Source of the DNA: Callorhinchus milii
Lineage: Eukaryota
Direction: 5' to 3'
NCBI RefSeq assembly: GCF_018977255.1
Contig: NW_024704742.1
Coordinates: 2,544,001-2,608,000 of the forward strand
DNA length: 64,000 nucleotides
The notes below the pieces were generated by a model that saw nothing but the letters and a program-made list of their open reading frames with translations, ran no database searches and was not told the DNA's origin. Shown here piece by piece: positions 51,885 through 64,000 of this stretch (position 1 is the first letter of the stretch; every line of letters begins with the position of its first letter). The translations under genes were made by a program, and so were the position numbers.

Positions 51885-52260
51885 GGGAAGGCTCACGGGA
51901 TGATGAAGGAAATTATTAATAGGATAATGAATTGGCTGGATGATAGAGAACAGAGGGTAGATACCGATGATAATGGTTTTGGTTGGAAGCTGTGGTCGGA
52001 AGACTTCCGCTGGGATTATTTTCATCCTTTTTATTAATAACATTACTTCAGCGTAATTCAAGTGGATGTCCAAATCCAAGGGACGTCACCAAGTCGCACG
52101 GCCAAACTTAATGTTACGAAGTGAGGGAAATATTGTAGGGCAATCTGGGAGACTCAGCGGTTAGGCAAGTGGGCAGCAAATTATATTGGATATTGAGCTA
52201 ATATGCGTTAAAGTGGAAATGCCAAATATGAAGGCGCAAGGAGCGATAAATAGTTCAAAG
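51885..52260 (+). mobile_element. Highly degenerate CR1 RT fragment
   Basis: ..KAHG..I.NWLDDREQRV.. motif (CR1 WI.NWL..RKQRV). Confidence 0.6.
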
Positions 52261-52689
52261 GTGTATGTGCAGGAACGTACGGGGCCAAAGTAAAAATAAA
52301 TCATATGCTAATCTGTTACTCTTGCTGAATTTATTTCTTTATCAACTTGGTACCCAATTCCTTCTTGAACTTTGTTGTGTAAGGTTTTGGGACGTCCTCC
52401 CGCCGGGAAGGGTAATTTTGTTGTTGTTGTAACTCCATACAGATCTGTCCGCTTCCTCCGCTCAGCCTGCTTCAGGTCTCCCTTCGGCTTTTCTACCCTC
52501 ACCTTTGGAACTCCAACCCACAGTCCCTTCGCCTCGCTCAGTCGATATAATAATAATCATCCTTGCACTTCATACAGCGCCTCATCACATCTTCGAGACG
52601 TTGCAAAGTGCTTCACAGAACAGACTGTGAAGTGAATTGACTGTGTGTTTTGTGGGCGAAATGGCTCTTTGGAGAAGATATGGAGAGAA

Positions 52690-53030
52690 TGCTTAACTAG
52701 CCTAACGTCCCGAACTCCAGCACCTAAACACATTCTAAGGTCTTCTCATCTTTAAATGCCTCCACGGTCTCGCCTCATCCTACCCCTGCAATCTCCATCA
52801 AACCAAACGCTCCCTTCGCTCAGCGGGCCACTGGCCTGCTTCATGTCCCCTGCCCTCCCTCAACTTGTTCAAGGCCCGTCTGAAGTCCTACCTCTTTGAC
52901 CGCACTTTCGGTCGTCTTTCCCCTCCCCACCCCACTCAGCGCTCACCCCCAGCTCAGCGTCAAGCCCAGGATTGTTCAGCTCGTTGAGGTGCCTTCCTGC
53001 CATGAAAGGAGCTATACCTAAACATGAATT
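52690..53030 (+). mobile_element. L2 LINE 3' fragment
   Basis: FKCLHGLASSY.. and FKARLKSYLFD motifs plus tail remnant. Confidence 0.75.
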
Positions 53031-53314
53031 TGTATCCGATTGTCTGTGCCAGGAAGTGGGTGCGTTTCACTGCTCTTAAGCAAACACTGCCCAGAAAATA
53101 ACTATCAAGCCAATAAAGGACCCACTCTCTCTAAGGACATAAAAACAGGAAAGCAGTCAATATATGCAAAAAACAGTGCAGATGAATGGTGAAACCAACA
53201 CTAGGAGGTGCTGCCACCCAGTGATCATGTAATACAATAAAATACACGATTACATTTGTGTAGTGCTTTTCATGTCGGGAGGAACGTCCCAAGGTGTTGC
53301 GCAGTCAGGGATTT

Positions 53315-53540
53315 GGACAGCTCCACCATACGCAAAATTCAACTGATCCCAAAACTCTGCCACCCGGATACTCACCCGTATAAAACTCCGTGCCGCCCCA
53401 TCACACCGGTCCTTGCCAGGCTCCGCTGGCTCCCAATTACCAAACGGATCGATTTCAAGATCCTCTCGCTCATCTTCAAATCCCTTCATGCCTTCTAACC
53501 TCCCAACCTCTCCAACCCGCTTAAGCCCTCCGATCTGCTG
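53315..53540 (+). mobile_element. L2 LINE ORF2 fragment
   Basis: ORF 53256-53498: ..KIQLI....PITPVLARLRWLPITKRIDFKILSLIFKSLH. Confidence 0.88.
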
Positions 53541-53589
53541 AATTTCAAAAGGTTTTTTTTTCAGAAAGGATAATGATAGTCATGAAAAA

Positions 53590-53990
53590 TAATAATAATA
53601 ATAATAATATTAATCATTGCATTTGATCTAATGCTTTATCCTGTTGTCAAAACATCACAAAGTACAGGATTGAGAACGAGGTATTCTTTGCATTTTGTAT
53701 ATGAACACGGCAGCCAATTTAGGCCGAGCAGTGTCCCACCAATTTTATCTAAAGGAAACTCCCTTGTCTTTTTGAATAGTGCCATGGGATCTTTATCGTC
53801 CACCTGAACAGGCAGGTGGGACGTTGGTTTAACTTCTGATTTGAAGCACATGGTCTCCAACAACGCAGTCCTGGCACAGCATTACACTGCAGCGGTCAAG
53901 TTGGAAAACGAGTCTCAAAGTCCTGACGTGGGGCTTGAACCTACAAGCTTCTGACTTGAAGTCGAACGTGCTAGCACTGGAGCCAGGTTC
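53590..53990 (-). mobile_element. Old Deu-domain SINE just upstream of exon 13
   Basis: gaatagtgccatgggatcttt..cacctgaacaggcag Deu core and minus-strand head ggctccagtgctagcac..tcagaagcttgtaggttcaagcccc. Confidence 0.8.
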
Positions 53991-54063
53991 ACACCTAATG
54001 TCTGCTTTGTGTTTTTTGAAACTTACATTATTTACTCATTACGTCTCTCTCCTTGACCCCCAG

Positions 54064-54259
54064 ATCCCTGCAGGATCTTTCCAAGCAAACGGATATACCC
54101 TACGGCACAGTGATGGAGTCGGCTGTTTACGAGCACATCCGAGTGAAAGGGATGAACCCCTTCGAGAGAGATAATATGTACTCCCAAATGTGGCGAATGA
54201 TCAACCGAGGTAACGGGACAGAAAACTCTGTGAAGGATTCCCAGGAAGGCATTCGAAGG
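54064..54259 (+). CDS. GRID2: GluD2 coding exon (exon 13 equivalent, start of S2)
   Basis: ctccttgacccccag acceptor and gtacag donor at 54260. 196 bp, phase 2/0. (Q)[65 protein letters not shown]. Confidence 0.95.
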
Positions 54260-55691
54260 GTACAGTGTATTTCAATCAAATCTCCTAACCTTCTCTGAAC
54301 TGTTTTTCTACTGTTATCAGATTGCATCAGTTGCCGCTGAGGTATTAAGTTATCAAATTGCAAATAATAACCGTGACAATCTTTGCGTTTGATGTAGCGC
54401 CTTTGACGTCAGGAGGAAATCACAAAGCGCTTCTCAGGATTTGCTGTAAAGTGCAGTGACTGTGAATTTTGTAAGCGAACACAGCAGGCAAATCGCAAAC
54501 AGTATTGTCCCACAAACAAACGTGAAGTCAATGATCAATTATATCTGGGAGATCGTTGGCCAGGACACCAGGAGGAACTCACTTCTCGTTTGGACTAGTG
54601 CCACCCGAACAGGCAGATACGGCCTCAGTTTCACATCTCACGCGAAAAATAATTTGCTTTAAAGAAACATTTTGATTTATTTTTTCAAAAATCCTTTTTC
54701 GTGCTTAGTTTGTGAGACAGTGTCTTGTGGCATCATTAGTATTATTGTCACGTCGACCATAATTGTCTTTAAAAGCCTATTAGACAATATTTAGCACTGG
54801 ACAGCGTGTTTACATGCCTGCGCTGATGTCAAGAGTGGTCTAAAGCATTGCACGTACTATGTTTCCCGATTGCTTTGCGCACAGCACGCATATCGAGGGT
54901 GAGGAGTCACCTACTTGACACCAGGAGCTGCAACACCTATGGCACTACGTGCATTTTCCTGTTTCGTTTTTGCGGTCGGCATCAGGAACGATTAGCTGGT
55001 ACAGTCTCACTTGTCAATTATGGTGAAGCTGCTAATTCGCCCTGTGTCAGAAATGCTCTACTGCTGCCTTCCTGAAAGATCGATCTATACGCTCTGACAA
55101 CTGGGCGGCTGAGGTCAGGAAAAAGGAGCTCCTTAGCAACGTACTCCAGTCACATTGTTAGAATCGCTTGACAATGTACGTTCATCAGAAAAAAAGGTTC
55201 ACCTGAAAATATTTGGCTTAAACCAAGTTGACCTTTATTCTCCTGAGATATATGGACCTGGACGGTTTGGGGGATTAGGTCCAGATTTCTTCCAAGGTTG
55301 AACCTGTGTCATTTGATCTTAGTTAGGGCAGCAATGATGTGGTGGGCACAACGAAGGGAGTTCGCAGTTGCCTGAAGTGTTTTGGTCTGGAGACAGAGAA
55401 CAAATTGACCAGGGTTCATACTCCTGATTTAGACTCATTGGAACTGACGTACGTGGGCGGTCAGGCGAGGACAGGAACAGGCTAAGCTCTGTGAATTGCC
55501 GCAAAACTAATGTGTAGACACTCTGCTTGAGCTCATAGTCCAGTCTGATACTTCAGTGTAGTCCTGGGGAATGGCTGCACTGTCAGAGTGGCCATCCTTC
55601 AGGTTAAAGCAAAGAATCATCTGCGCATTCTTCAGATGGACACTAAACATTTCATGACTTTTCAAAAACAGAAGGAGTTTGTTTCTTCCAG

Positions 55692-55815
55692 TGTCCTGGC
55701 CAACAGGGCTTGCTGGATATTGGTCAAATGTCCTGGCCAACAGGGCTTGCTGTATATTGGTCAAATGTCCTGGCCAACAGGGCTTGCTGTATATTGGTCA
55801 AATGTCCTGGCCAAC
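55692..55815 (+). repeat. 37-bp minisatellite (3 copies plus 13 bp) inside a Deu-SINE (about 55500-56085)
   Basis: tgtcctggccaacagggcttgctg(g/t)atattggtcaaa starts at 55692, 55729 and 55766, with a partial copy at 55803. Confidence 0.95.
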
Positions 55816-58354
55816 TATCCCCCCCAAGTGAAATTGGTCTCTCAAGCTGTGGGACGTTGTCGCACGCAATCGGCTGCTGCGTTTCACCCCCAAAATACAT
55901 AGTCAAACCATCTTTACAGCATATCCTATTCATAGAATATGACAGCACAGAATGAGGCCTTTTTGGCCCGTCGTGCCTGTGCCAGCAAATTAAGTTTCGC
56001 AACGCTTTGAGACATCTCAATGACGTGATAAGGTGGCATATCAAATGCAAGTCTTTTAATATTATTATTATTATTATTATTTAGTTCATGGCTATTTGTG
56101 GGACCCCGTTGCGTGCAAAATGGCTGTAGCCTATTTATACTAACCTTTATCGAAGCTTTTTATAATTTCAAACACCTCTGTTAGGGTCGTCTCTGAAACA
56201 TTTTTTCTTCTCTCGGACTAAAGGCTCCAGCAACGCAGCACACCTCTTTCACTGTAATGGAGTGTCAACTTAGACTAGATTAATCACAAGTCCTGACATG
56301 GGGTTCTGAGTAGTTCAACAGCATATGTTCTCAAGCTGTTTCATCAGGCTCCGACACAGTCCATCACACCTTTTCCAGATCCATTTACACTTAGGTTTCA
56401 TCCACCCTCTCAGTGTGTTTTGAGATGTCGGCAATCCCCTCAATTCAGTACAAATGCTGTAAATCTTCGCACAGGCAAATCGTGGCTCAAGGGCCATTTA
56501 AAGTTGTGCCTTGATTCTCACGGGATCTCCTGCTCTCTGTGCCTCTGGGCTTCCGGTAAGTTACTGTCTGGCTGTAGGATGGTGACTGAACCGGGATTCG
56601 ATGTTCCCTGCGATTTCCCTGTCTCCTAGCTCCAAGAAAGAGAGGCATGGCATATAATCCAGTTCCCAGCTGCCCCAGTACCCGTGGTAATATTATATGC
56701 GACGAGAAAATACCTCGTCTCTACTCAGCAACCGTTCACATTAAAATGACACCAGAGCTCAACAGCTCGCATTTGTGCGTGTATATGGGGAGGAGGGAGC
56801 TCGTGGGCACTGACCTGTGTCTTATTGATGATATATAAATCATACATAAGCAACAGGACTTTAAATACGATTTTAAAATACGCCCTCGAGCAAGGGCTTC
56901 CCGACCTGGCATTCAGCCACCACACCGAGACTGAAGGCTAACGCATCGAGGACGAGAACAATGTCGAGAAAGCCATAGCAGGTCGAGCGGTCAGTTGACG
57001 TGAGGTTAGGATGGTAGGGTCCCCAATATGTGTCACTATCTAACAGGATTGCTTCATGAGAAAAATTCAACAGGGACCTCTTCCGATAGCCGGTAGGTGG
57101 TAAGTCATGTAGGAATGCAGCTCCCAAAGTGGATTGCATTGGAGTGGATTACCCACAAATCGCCTCGATATATTTCCCTTTTCTTATAGCACAGACTCCT
57201 TTAGTGGATTCAAAGCATGTAGCGTGTGTTCACCTGTGGCAACAATAAAACAGTAACCATATATATATATATCAACTGACGTTAACAGTGAAGCCATGCA
57301 ATACTGTTAAGCCTGTGTGGTATATTGGAGGAAGACAAATGGTGGTTTAGTAGTTCGGGGGCTTTGAAGGCAGGGGTATAACCAGCAGTAAAAAGGTGAC
57401 TACTTCTAGAGTATGGTGCATTGTTCGGTTTGGCCACAATATTTTTTGCACTGTGACTATGCATTTAGAGATTCCTTTCTCCACATCGATAGTGTAGACC
57501 TAAGAACTTTCTCGCATTCTTGATTTTGTGCAGTGTTGAGGCTTCAGTTGTCACTTGTCCTTTGCTACAAAGCTCAAAGGATTTCGGTTTTCAATCCAAC
57601 ACCGCGGAGCTTATTCAGTGTCATTATGTACATTGTACGACTGCCTTTTAGTACATCATCGCATAACAAACAAGACTGACAATATATTATTTACTGCACA
57701 GCTGACTCAGGCTGGCTTGGAGCTCTGTTATTTTTGTGTGCATATTTTATGTATTTGTTTTTGACACATGTTTGAAGCGAGTAAGTCAGGGATGCTCAAT
57801 TTGCAAATACCAAGGCTGCCAACTTTAATAAAATACATTCCGTTTCTAAGGCGACAACAGGGGCGTTGGGGATTCAGAGCTTCCAAGTATTTGCATAGCC
57901 CCACGTTCGCACTTTCACCTGAAACACAAAGAACCTCTCCATCCCCTCCGGCCGTTCATAACAAGTGATGGATTTATCGTTTATTCTTCCAACCTTGAGG
58001 ATTAACGTATGGAAAATTTGCAGAATGCCAAAGCGTGTCCTCTTAGGATTGGGCAGCCAACCATGATTGGGCATGCATGTTGTTGGAACAGATTAAATAA
58101 TAATCCTTGCATTTCATACAGCGTCTAATCATGTCCTGGGGACATCTCAAGTCAATTCACAGGATTTTAGTAACTGTGTATTTGGAAAGTGCAAAATGTA
58201 GAGTCTGGTATTTGTTTGCTAACTCAACAGATCATTTCTCACTTTACGGTGTATTCTGTGAAGCGGTTTGAGACGTCTCGAAGACGTGATAAGGCGCTAT
58301 GTCAAATGCAAGGATTATTACTATTCATGTGAGAAATGTCAGGCCTCAGCTGTG

Positions 58355-58670
58355 ATAATAATAATAATAATAATCCTTGCATTTGATATAGCGCTTTTCA
58401 TGTCTTCTCGACGTCTCAAAGCGCTTCACAGAATAGACTGTAAAGTGAACTGACTGTATATTTGTGGGCGAAAGGCGGCAGCCAATTGCGCACAGCAGCG
58501 TCCCCACAAACAGTGGTGGATTGAAAATGACCAATTTATTATTGTTTTTGGTTTTGTAGGGATGGTTTTGGAGGGATTATTATTATGCTCTGTGTGGAGT
58601 AAGGAAACTTGCCCGAGGTTTCGCTCGGCCTGGAATTGAACTCAGGTGCTCTAACCACTGAGCTACGGGA
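58355..58670 (-). mobile_element. tRNA-SINE short subfamily, anticodon arm deleted
   Basis: Same body as 58684-59002; the head lacks the ctcgc..gcgag arm. Confidence 0.92.
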
Positions 58671-58683
58671 TGAGAGGTTAGAG

Positions 58684-59002
58684 TAATAATAATAATAATA
58701 ATCCTTGCATTTGATATAGCGCTTTTCACGTCAGGAGGACGTCCCAAAGCGCTTCACAGAACACATTGTAAAGTGAATTGACTGTATATTTGTGAGCGAA
58801 CGCGGCAGCCAATTGCGCACAGCAATGTCCCACAAACAGTCGTAGATTGAAAATGACCAATTTATTATTGTTTTGTTTTGGAGGGATTATTATTAGGCTC
58901 TGTGTGGAGTAAGGAAACTTGCCCAAGGTTTCGCCCTCTGCCGGGAATCGAACTCAGGTCTCTCACTTGCAAAGCGAGTGCTCTAACCACTGAGCTACAG
59001 GA
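58684..59002 (-). mobile_element. Young tRNA-SINE short subfamily, full length
   Basis: Reverse complement of 19817-20141 with few differences. Confidence 0.95.
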
Positions 59003-59589
59003 GTATTCTTATTTCCTTAAACCTCTTTGTTCTTATTCATATTTGTGAAGTCTGGCCAGATTCAGTGAAGCTTCACGAGCCTCATGAGTGACCAACGCTC
59101 TGTGAGCTCTCTGACCATCCTTAGGCTCTCAACGGCAAAGGAAAGCATTGGTCTATTGTATCGACTCAGGCAATGTTTTTGACAGCTGCACAGGTTTACC
59201 AAAAAAAAAGTCAATGCCGGAAGCAAATAACTTGCTTTTTTTTTTACAGCCTTATACATCAAAATACCTTAAGGTGTTTTAAAAATAATAATGATAAAAA
59301 TAATAAAAATAATCCTTGCATTTGATGTAACACCTTATCTCAGGGCTCCCGCAGCAAGGGAGCTATATAAACGAGAGTTGTTGTTGTTATATCGTCAAGA
59401 CACATCAAAGTGCTTCACCGGGTGGTTTACTGCAATGTGTAGGGACTGTGTATTTTTGTGGGTGAACGCAGCAGCCAATTTGCATCAAACTATATCCCAC
59501 AAACAGCCGTGAAGCGAATGACTAACTTTATCTGGGGGATTGCTGGTCAGGACAGCCGGGAGAATCTCCCTTCTCTTTTTGAGACTTTT

Positions 59590-59784
59590 TTTTTGAAGGA
59601 ATTATTACCCCCGGAAAAGCGATCCGCCAATCGACTAACAACCAGGTCCCTACTTACTGCTGGGTAAGCAGAGGCGTGTGGAGTAAGGAAACTTGCCCAA
59701 CATTTCGCCCCCTGCCCTGGGAATCGAACCCAGGTCTCTCGTTTGCGAGGCGAGGGCTCTAACCATCGAGCTACAGGACTCCAC
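59590..59784 (-). mobile_element. tRNA-SINE long subfamily 5' half, abutting older Deu-SINE pieces (about 59286-59585)
   Basis: Head gtggagtcctgtagctcgatggttagagc and complete middle domain. Confidence 0.88.
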
Positions 59785-61234
59785 GATGGGAGTCCATGAT
59801 GGAAGATGGGAACAAAGGCCATTTTACCCTGAGACAACCCCCATAGAGATAGAACCAGAATAGAATAGAATTGACGGATTAAACTTTTAACTTACTCCTC
59901 ATCTCATCTTGGTTAGACACTGCGTTTCAGCTGTGTTCCAGAAACGTCAGTGTCTGCTTATGCTTTCAGTTGCTGTACGGTCCCGGCATTGACTGTTCCA
60001 TTTTTGCCCAGCATTAGCGAGGTCTTAAGTGCAGCAATTGCAAATCAGATTTGTTGTGTTCACTGGGCTTTCCAGTTCTACAAATATCCGATTGCAGGTT
60101 CGCAGCATAACAAATCCCGCAGCCCAAGTTGGGAATTCTTTTTGGATCAGCAGGTTGTCTGATACGCTCGGCCTCCCATCGCCGTGCAGAAGAGTGCCTA
60201 AACCAAACAAATTCACGTGGAAATGTCCCTCTGCCTGCAATGGAATGCGCACGCTCTCCCGAGATGACGCAACCTGTTCACCTAATCCCAATACAATACA
60301 AATTTACTTGTATTTATAGCGCCATTCACATCAGGAGGATGCCCCAAGGGGCCTAGAATGTATTAGACACAGGGTTGCAAAGTCTGGAGGTCAAACATTG
60401 AAGGGAACTGCCCGGCTTTTCAGAGTATTACACATTGGGAATTCCAAATGCACCGTATTTTCGAAACGCAAACCAGAAATCACAATTGACGCATCGAATC
60501 CAGTGGGTGAATGGTCAATTTTCATAAAAAATCAATGTAATAATAATCCCTGCATTTGATATGGCACCTTTCACGTTGATAGGACTCAAAGCATTTCACA
60601 CCATACCCTGTAAAACGTAGTGACCGTGTATTTGTAGACTTGTTTCTTTCAATCAATAACACCCTTCACCAACGCTGTTTAAAAAATTTGCGAGAAAACT
60701 ACCGAGCAATGAGAAAAACATTATTTCTGCCAGAAGCTATGTCACGCTCTGTATACAAGTGTCGTTGAAATTTTAATGACAGGTTAGGTTTTGAATATGG
60801 ATCCGGAGCAACAAATAATTACAGCCCTTGCTGTTTGACTATAATCTGATGCACCAATGAATTGGATTGCAATGTAGCACTTCTCTTTGTACAGCTGTTA
60901 TTTTTCGAAGATAACATTTCAGCCATTTAGCTAAATGGCAGAGTTTTCTCTCATTTATTGGTAGAAACTATCCTCCAGAAAGTAGTGGGTGGCAGTGAAG
61001 GTAAATTGGAGTTGAACTGGTGCCACTTGGCAATGGAATATTAGATCCAAGTCAATGCATTGTGTGGCAGTCTGACTCACTTGGTAGCAATCTCATCTCT
61101 GTGTCAGAAGGTTGTGAGTTAAGCCTCACATTGAGGACCTTAAACTCAGAAAGTTTAATGCTGGGGATGCAGTACCATCCATGTTGGAAGTGCTGTGCTA
61201 CTGATGACACGAATAGCAACAACAAAATTACGCT

Positions 61235-61560
61235 GGTATAAGCATCTTTCATGTTGGAAGGCGTGTGCCAAGGTGCTGGGCAGTTAAGGGTTCGCACCCG
61301 AGCCAGGGGTTGGATTCAAGCGGTGTTGGGGGGGTGGGGGGGAATAGGAGGGTGACCAAAAGCATGGTTAAAGAGGAAAGTCTTGAAACGGGCCTTGAAG
61401 TGGATGGATTCCGGGATGGAGTTCCAGAGGGTGGAGGCAGAAAGGCAGAAGGCCCGACCGCCAATGGTGGTCACCAAGCGGAGGGAGCGGACAGGTGGCT
61501 ATGGTGTTATTAGGTCGCAGAGGGAGGGAGGAGCAAGACTATGGAGGGCTCAAACTGAGG
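61235..61560 (-). mobile_element. L2 LINE 3' fragment
   Basis: Minus strand IGGRAFCLSASTLWNSIP..FKARFKTFLF plus tail. Confidence 0.8.
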
Positions 61561-63744
61561 ACGATGCCACATTTCCCAGATATTTATTTACTTTTTCCGC
61601 ACCGGATTTGATGGTCGTCTGACGGCATTCGTAGAAGCATAGAATTACACAGCACAGAAGGAAGCCATTCGGCCCATCGCGTCCGTACTGGTTCTTTGAA
61701 AAAAGCTTTTCCTAATCAAACCGGCCTTCTGCGGTGTAGCATTTCACAGGCTCACGGACTTGTGTGAAGAAATATTTTCTGAGACATGGTTAAAAATAAA
61801 TTACTAAGGATGTTATTTATGTTTGTGGATTTCACCGAAGGCTCTGCCAAGCAGTGAATTGGAGCGGGAGAGATTGCAAACTGACATGTTTGCATCCACA
61901 GGCTACAATGTCGCGTTACATCTTGATGTCAGCCTCTGATATAATGGCTTCTCCCTCAGGTCACCTTTCCTTCATCGCTGAAGAAAAATGAAGTTAATAT
62001 GACTTAGGCTGGACGTGCTGGTGTGAAATCAGTCAGGGTTTACTTCGGTTTTTATTTTACCCGATATTGTTTATTTTAGCAATCTGTTGTTTCTCTTCTC
62101 GGAGATGATGATCATATTCTTGGGATGATTTTGAGCCTGAGCGGCTTCTGGATGCCTTTCCGGTCTATGTATTTACCCCTCAGTGTGATAGGAATTACAA
62201 AGTTAACAGAGGTAACTCAATACAAGTCCTGGTGGGTGAGGAGGGAGAGAATTCATGACTAGCAAGTTCCAACAGCGACAACAACTTGCAGTTATATAGC
62301 GGCCTTCACAGGTGTAACGACTCAGATCACTTAACAGTGATGGAGCTTTGACTCCGAGCCAGGGAGAGTGGGGACAAGGCTGAGGGACAGAAGCCGGGAA
62401 CTCCAGAGGTTGGGGCCTCGGCCACTGAATGGTCAGTCAAAGGCTACCAGGATCGGAAGGGTGATTGACTGGTGGACTCAATAGGATTTGAATTTTCCAG
62501 TCCCACTTTCACCATCCGTACATGATCTGCGATATCCTGCAGAAACCAGATAAGGTCAATTATGTCACCTGGAACATTGAGGACATATTTTATTCCTTTG
62601 TGAAGAAGCTGACTGGAACATCTAAATTCTCTATGCCTCCCCCCCCCCCCCCCCACCCCCCCCACTCTCGTGGATCATATGTGCATTTGGTGTTGCTCCC
62701 TGTAAGAGAAAGTATATCCTGGAAAATAAAATCCATTTGATATTTGCACTTGTTTCACCCAGTGTTTCAGACCTGTCTGTACAGATTGCGGGATCACTTC
62801 TTAATCGATCAGGGAATAGCAGAGACTAAATTCATATCTAAGATGACTTTCAATCTCTCCCACAAGGAGCCTGCAGGCAGAACCACTAGCGGCCCAGACC
62901 AACAGTAAGTTGAAAATATGTCTTAAACCAATAAGTCCCTGTCGTTTGTGCCTGTGAGAAATGGCCCGACTGACAAAAACAAAGACAAAACTATGATCAA
63001 GGCTCGAGAAAGGACGGAATGAATTACAAAGGCTAAGGATGTAATGCTGCTAGCTTAAGGTTTAGTGCACAACTCGATGAAATACTGCACAACACTTAAA
63101 ATTTCACAGCTGATAAATTTCTATGTTTTTCTTTTCCGTGGAAACGTTGTAAACATTGCAATTGCCAGAATAATTCATGGTAATGCAAGTTCATGCATGT
63201 ATAATTGCCTCAAATGTAATTGCTAAAACTTTCAGAGGAGAAAATACTGTCAGATGCTCACATTTCTCATTTCACACTAAATGCTTTGATAATATTTCAG
63301 TAACATTTCATTAAACTCAGAAATTTTAAATAAGAGTGAGGGAGAGCGAGAGAGAGAGAGGGAGACGTGCAAGTCTGCAGGTTTGACAATTCTTTAAGGT
63401 GCAATGTTGACTGGTTCAACTGTTAATTTCATTGGTCCTGTTAATGTTACATACATAAAACCATCAAACGTAAAATGATATAAAACCAAGACCTCGTCCA
63501 TCTGTTTTGTTCAGGGGGACGTTAAAGATCTTATAGCACTGTTCAAAAAGAGTTGCTCCTGGTGTCCTGACCAACTATCCCCCAGATATAATTGATCACT
63601 CAATGGCTGTCTGTGGGTCATTGCCGTGTGCAAATAGGCTGCTGCAAATTCACCTACAAGTACACTGTCACTACACTTTGCAGTGGCATCCCTATGAAGC
63701 ACTTTGAGATGTCCTCCTGATGTTCAGCTGTTTTTATCTTGTGC

Positions 63745-64000
63745 TGAACAGTAGACCCGGAGGATACGGCCTGCGATTGACAGAGGTGAGTAAAGTCAGA
63801 ACAAATCTGTGGAAACACTCCTTCAGTGAGCTGATGGACCAGGCTCCCTGGGGAGACGGTGGAAGCAGAACATGTTATTTGTTTCAAAAGCAAATGAGAT
63901 AGATTCCTGCTAGAAAATAATATGTCGGGATAGTGTGTATAGTTTGGGACACGACCTGTCAAGCGACCACCAGGATGGTGGAAGGCGAACTAAATGGACC
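63745..64000 (+). mobile_element. CR1 LINE 3' end (runs off the window)
   Basis: RPGGYGLRL..KVRTNLWKHSFSE..VEAEHVICFKS motifs and start of the 3' UTR. Confidence 0.8.

Noticed and set aside
849..54259. GRID1 (GluD1) as alternative identity
   Set aside because: LATW is GluD1-like, but [18 protein letters not shown], [17 protein letters not shown] and [12 protein letters not shown] are GluD2-specific.
55692..55815. CRISPR-like 37-bp repeats
   Set aside because: Units are contiguous with no unique spacers, there are no cas genes, and the context is a vertebrate intron.
57150..57255. Antisense exon after the strong minus-strand acceptor ttttattgttgccacag
   Set aside because: All three frames hit stops within ~50 nt, and there is no supporting upstream or downstream exon.
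57282..57464. Kinase-like GYTPAFKAPELL motif in a minus-strand ORF
   Set aside because: No HRD/DFG or other kinase motifs and no exon structure; likely chance.

Overview
Vertebrate (eukaryotic) genomic DNA lying entirely inside the glutamate receptor delta-2 gene (GRID2/GluD2, + strand). Six GT-AG coding exons are present (849-968, 17216-17317, 21295-21492, 24683-24995, 44328-44466, 54064-54259). They are 120/102/198/313/139/196 bp, splice in frame, and correspond to mammalian exons 8-13: end of the ATD, S1, M1-M3 with SYTANLAAF, and the start of S2. The introns are packed with tRNA-derived SINEs (an old full Deu-domain family plus a younger long/short family ending in (TTA)n), L2 and CR1 LINE fragments, a fold-back MITE-like element and simple repeats. 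This repeat content suggests a cartilaginous fish, possibly a chimaera (inference only). I see no prokaryote-type system, CRISPR array or real RNA gene, and the other ORFs in the track are repeat-derived or chance. The most interesting leads are a possible editing-complementary sequence opposite the Q/R-equivalent codon, two unusual substitutions beside the D-serine pocket (Y496F, L449P), a readable SINE/L2 co-evolution series, and inverted young SINE pairs that could drive dsRNA editing or back-splicing. All alignments were done by eye, repeat boundaries are approximate, and mammalian residue/exon numbering is from memory.
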